A DNA stretch of 64,000 bases, taken from the NCBI GenBank assembly GCA_964291315.2, contig OZ219753.1:512001-576000 (forward strand), written 5' to 3'. Positions 61,669-64,000 of the stretch are shown one piece after another. The stretch is from Candidatus Poribacteria bacterium. GTDB lineage: Bacteria; Poribacteria; WGA-4E; WGA-3G. The stretch's first letter is position 1, and the number at the start of each line of letters is the position of its first letter. The notes under the pieces were generated by a model that worked only from the letters and a program-made list of their open reading frames with translations, ran no database searches and was not told where the DNA came from. Both the position numbers and the translations under genes were made by a program.

Positions 61669-63586
61669 CAGGGACGGTAGAACTAACCGCGTCAAACCAC
61701 ATATTCTGTTGATTGGGTTGGTGCTTGTGGCTTTTAATAGCTACTGGTGCCTGATGGGAACGGAGGTGTGGCATTCTACACAGCTGACAATCGCCTCGTT
61801 GTTCTTTAATGCGGTTTTCACGCTACTCGTCTTTGTGCTTGTCAACCTATTGTTGCAAAGATATGTGCCGCGGCTGGCGATGTCGCCAGCTGATTTACAA
61901 ACGATTTATGTCATGGTAGTGATGGTAACAACCATCAGCGGGCACACCATGATGGGTTACCTCATCCCTGTGCTGGCACATACTTTCCAGTTCGCGTCAC
62001 CAGAGAACGAATGGATTCCCCTTTTTGGACACCACATCCCGCCGTGGATCGCTGTTAAAAGCCCCCGCGTTTTGGATGGGTTCTACAACGGCGATTCTAC
62101 GCTCTATACTCCTGCTACGCTAAACGCCTGGATCCCACCCGTGTTGGCTTGGTCCAGCTTTGTTATTGCTCTGTGGTTGACGCTGCTAGCAGTAACCGTC
62201 TTTCTCCGAAAGCAGTGGACAGAAAATGAACGGTTGAACTACCCGATTGTCCAACTCCCCTTGGCTTTGACGAGCAATCCGAAACGTTTCTTTAGTTCTC
62301 CGTGGATGTGGTTGGGTTTTGCACTCGCGGGGAGTGCGGAACTACTCAACGGATTGAGTTTTCTGTTTCCAGAGATTCCTTCGCTGCCTATTAGAAACAA
62401 AGTGCTTGGGCAATTTAGTTCAAAACCGTGGAGTGCGATAGGTCCCATTCGCGTCTCCTTTTATCCGTTCAGCATCGGCTTGATGTTTTTCACCCCGTTG
62501 GATCTTTCGTTTTCCTGCTGGTTTTTCTGGCTTTTGAGTCGTCTCCAGTTAATTGTAACAGATGTGCTTGGGGCGCGGAATATCTATCATCTGGAGCAGC
62601 AGACGGGGGCATGGATAGCGTTTGGATGCATTCCGTTGTGGATGGGACGCCGGCACTATGGACGCATTATCCGTAAAGTCTTCGGGATCGCCCAACGACA
62701 CGGCCAACGGCCGCCTGAAGATTCGAATGAACCGATCCGTTATCAGACTGCGGCGGGCCTGTTCACTGTCGGGATGCTGTTCCTCTTCTTCTTCTGTTAT
62801 CAGATGGGAATGACCCTCTGGGCAATTGGACTCTTTTTTTTGTTCTACTTTCCACTAGTTATCGGTATCACGCGTATCCGCGCCGAAATTGGACCCCCGT
62901 TGCATCAGCTCATCTTTGTTGATCCTGGACGAACAATGGTATTAGCGTTAGGCACCCGTCGCCTCGGTGCTGCCAATCTGACGGGCCTAACGTTTCTCTA
63001 TCCGTTTGTCCGCTGTTTCCGGGCCCATCCAACACCGAGTGAGCTGGAGGCGTTCAGATTGGCAGAACGAAGCCACATTGGATATCGACAACTCCTTATC
63101 GGGATGATCCTAGCGATTGTGTTCGGTATCCTGATAACGTTTTGGGCATATCTACATGTGCTTTATGACATCGGGGCAGGAAGCAAAGCCCGTGGCTGGA
63201 TCGTCTATATGGGATGGGAAACGTTCAACCGATTGCAAACATGGCTTGTCAGCCCTCGGGAGACAAACGTCCCAGAACTTGGGGTTATCGGCAGCAGTTT
63301 CCTATTCACGATATTTCTAATGGTCATGAAGACGCGTTTTTTGTGGTGGCCGTTGCATCCTGCTGGTTATGTATTGGTCAGCGGTACAGGAATGGGGAGA
63401 TTGTGGTTTACAATTTTCTTGGGCTGGTTAGCGAAAGCAGTCGTGTTAAAAATTGGTGGTGTGAAACTTTATCGGCAGGCGGTGCCGTTCTTCTTAGGGC
63501 TTATTTTGGGAGACTATACACTCGGGTGTGTCTGGAGCTTGATCGGGTTGGTATTAGAGATACCGACATATATTGTTTGGCATTGA
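61661..63586 (+). CDS. Polytopic membrane protein, DUF6785/DUF6784-like (putative transporter)
   Basis: Many TM helices; LRKQW..NERL.YPIVQLP, FYPF.IG, RIRAE.G, WWPLHP.GY, PFFLGLILG. Confidence 0.75.
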   Translation: MANRDGRTNRVKPHILLIGLVLVAFNSYWCLMGTEVWHSTQLTIASLFFNAVFTLLVFVLVNLLLQRYVPRLAMSPADLQTIYVMVVMVTTISGHTMMGYLIPVLAHTFQFASPENEWIPLFGHHIPPWIAVKSPRVLDGFYNGDSTLYTPATLNAWIPPVLAWSSFVIALWLTLLAVTVFLRKQWTENERLNYPIVQLPLALTSNPKRFFSSPWMWLGFALAGSAELLNGLSFLFPEIPSLPIRNKVLGQFSSKPWSAIGPIRVSFYPFSIGLMFFTPLDLSFSCWFFWLLSRLQLIVTDVLGARNIYHLEQQTGAWIAFGCIPLWMGRRHYGRIIRKVFGIAQRHGQRPPEDSNEPIRYQTAAGLFTVGMLFLFFFCYQMGMTLWAIGLFFLFYFPLVIGITRIRAEIGPPLHQLIFVDPGRTMVLALGTRRLGAANLTGLTFLYPFVRCFRAHPTPSELEAFRLAERSHIGYRQLLIGMILAIVFGILITFWAYLHVLYDIGAGSKARGWIVYMGWETFNRLQTWLVSPRETNVPELGVIGSSFLFTIFLMVMKTRFLWWPLHPAGYVLVSGTGMGRLWFTIFLGWLAKAVVLKIGGVKLYRQAVPFFLGLILGDYTLGCVWSLIGLVLEIPTYIVWH

Positions 63587-63856
63587 GACATTGATTTCCA
63601 AGTTGATAGCTTTCGCGACCTGATTTTTTCTTGATACCTGTTGTAAAGTATGTTATGATTTCCTTTATTGATAGGACTTACGCGGACGCGCGATACACCG
63701 CCTCATTTCCTGCAGATATGTCTCGGAAATACCTATGTTCCTCAAAATTACTCCAAGGCGGAGTAGTACAATTCATTGCACACGTCCCGATTTGAAAAAA
63801 CCTTCTTAAACATCTGCAGGATGTCGGCGAACGCTCCTATTTAGGCAATACCCTCT

Positions 63857-64000
63857 ATGAGAACCACCCATAATATTCTTTTTCAAGATGCTCAAGATTT
63901 GAAAGAAATTCCTTCAGAAAGCGTCGATCTGGTCGTTACTTCTCCTCCGTATCCTATGATTGCTATGTGGGATGAAATGTTTAGCAATCAGAACCCAGAA
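63857..64000 (+). CDS. N4/N6 DNA methyltransferase, beta class (partial, runs off the right edge)
   Basis: Manual translation MRTTHNILFQDAQDLKEIPSESVDLVVTSPPYPMIAMWDEMF (SPPY motif IV). Confidence 0.85.
   Translation, partial: MRTTHNILFQDAQDLKEIPSESVDLVVTSPPYPMIAMWDEMFSNQNPE

Overview
A 64-kb bacterial chromosomal segment, most likely Candidatus Poribacteria or a relative. This is inferred from the NYPNPFNPETWIPY...RKMLIMK C-terminal domain, a CotH-ankyrin protein, a DUF6785-like membrane protein and heptamer intergenic repeats. Left end: a DUF1156 methyltransferase (frameshifted) plus DUF499 ATPase defence-type module. Next come five tRNAs and tig-clpP-clpX-lon-S4-pdxA, running directly into a 2,131-aa PorU-like C25 peptidase. 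The middle holds metabolic and envelope genes: purE, VanZ-MBL, YagF-type dehydratase, CotH-ankyrin, Omp85/BamA-like, B12 radical SAM, ECF ATPase, a LolA-like/YidD-like/TPR module, DUF5916 and a TRAP permease. Right end: a stand-alone T9SS-type CTD protein, a triple FGE/CLec surface protein, a SprA-like translocon, argJ, an archaeal-type phosphopantothenate synthetase and a partial N4/N6 methyltransferase. Main highlights: (1) a thioredoxin/CxxCH/PDZ selenoprotein split by the ORF caller, with two in-frame UGAs (U-V-P-U-E-S-C) and a SECIS-like hairpin; (2) a T9SS-like kit (SprA, PorU, CTD) apparently outside Bacteroidota; (3) DGR-VR-like hypervariability between tandem CLec domains; (4) palindromic heptamer elements inserted in-frame into genes. 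All family calls come from motif recognition by eye; no database searches were run.
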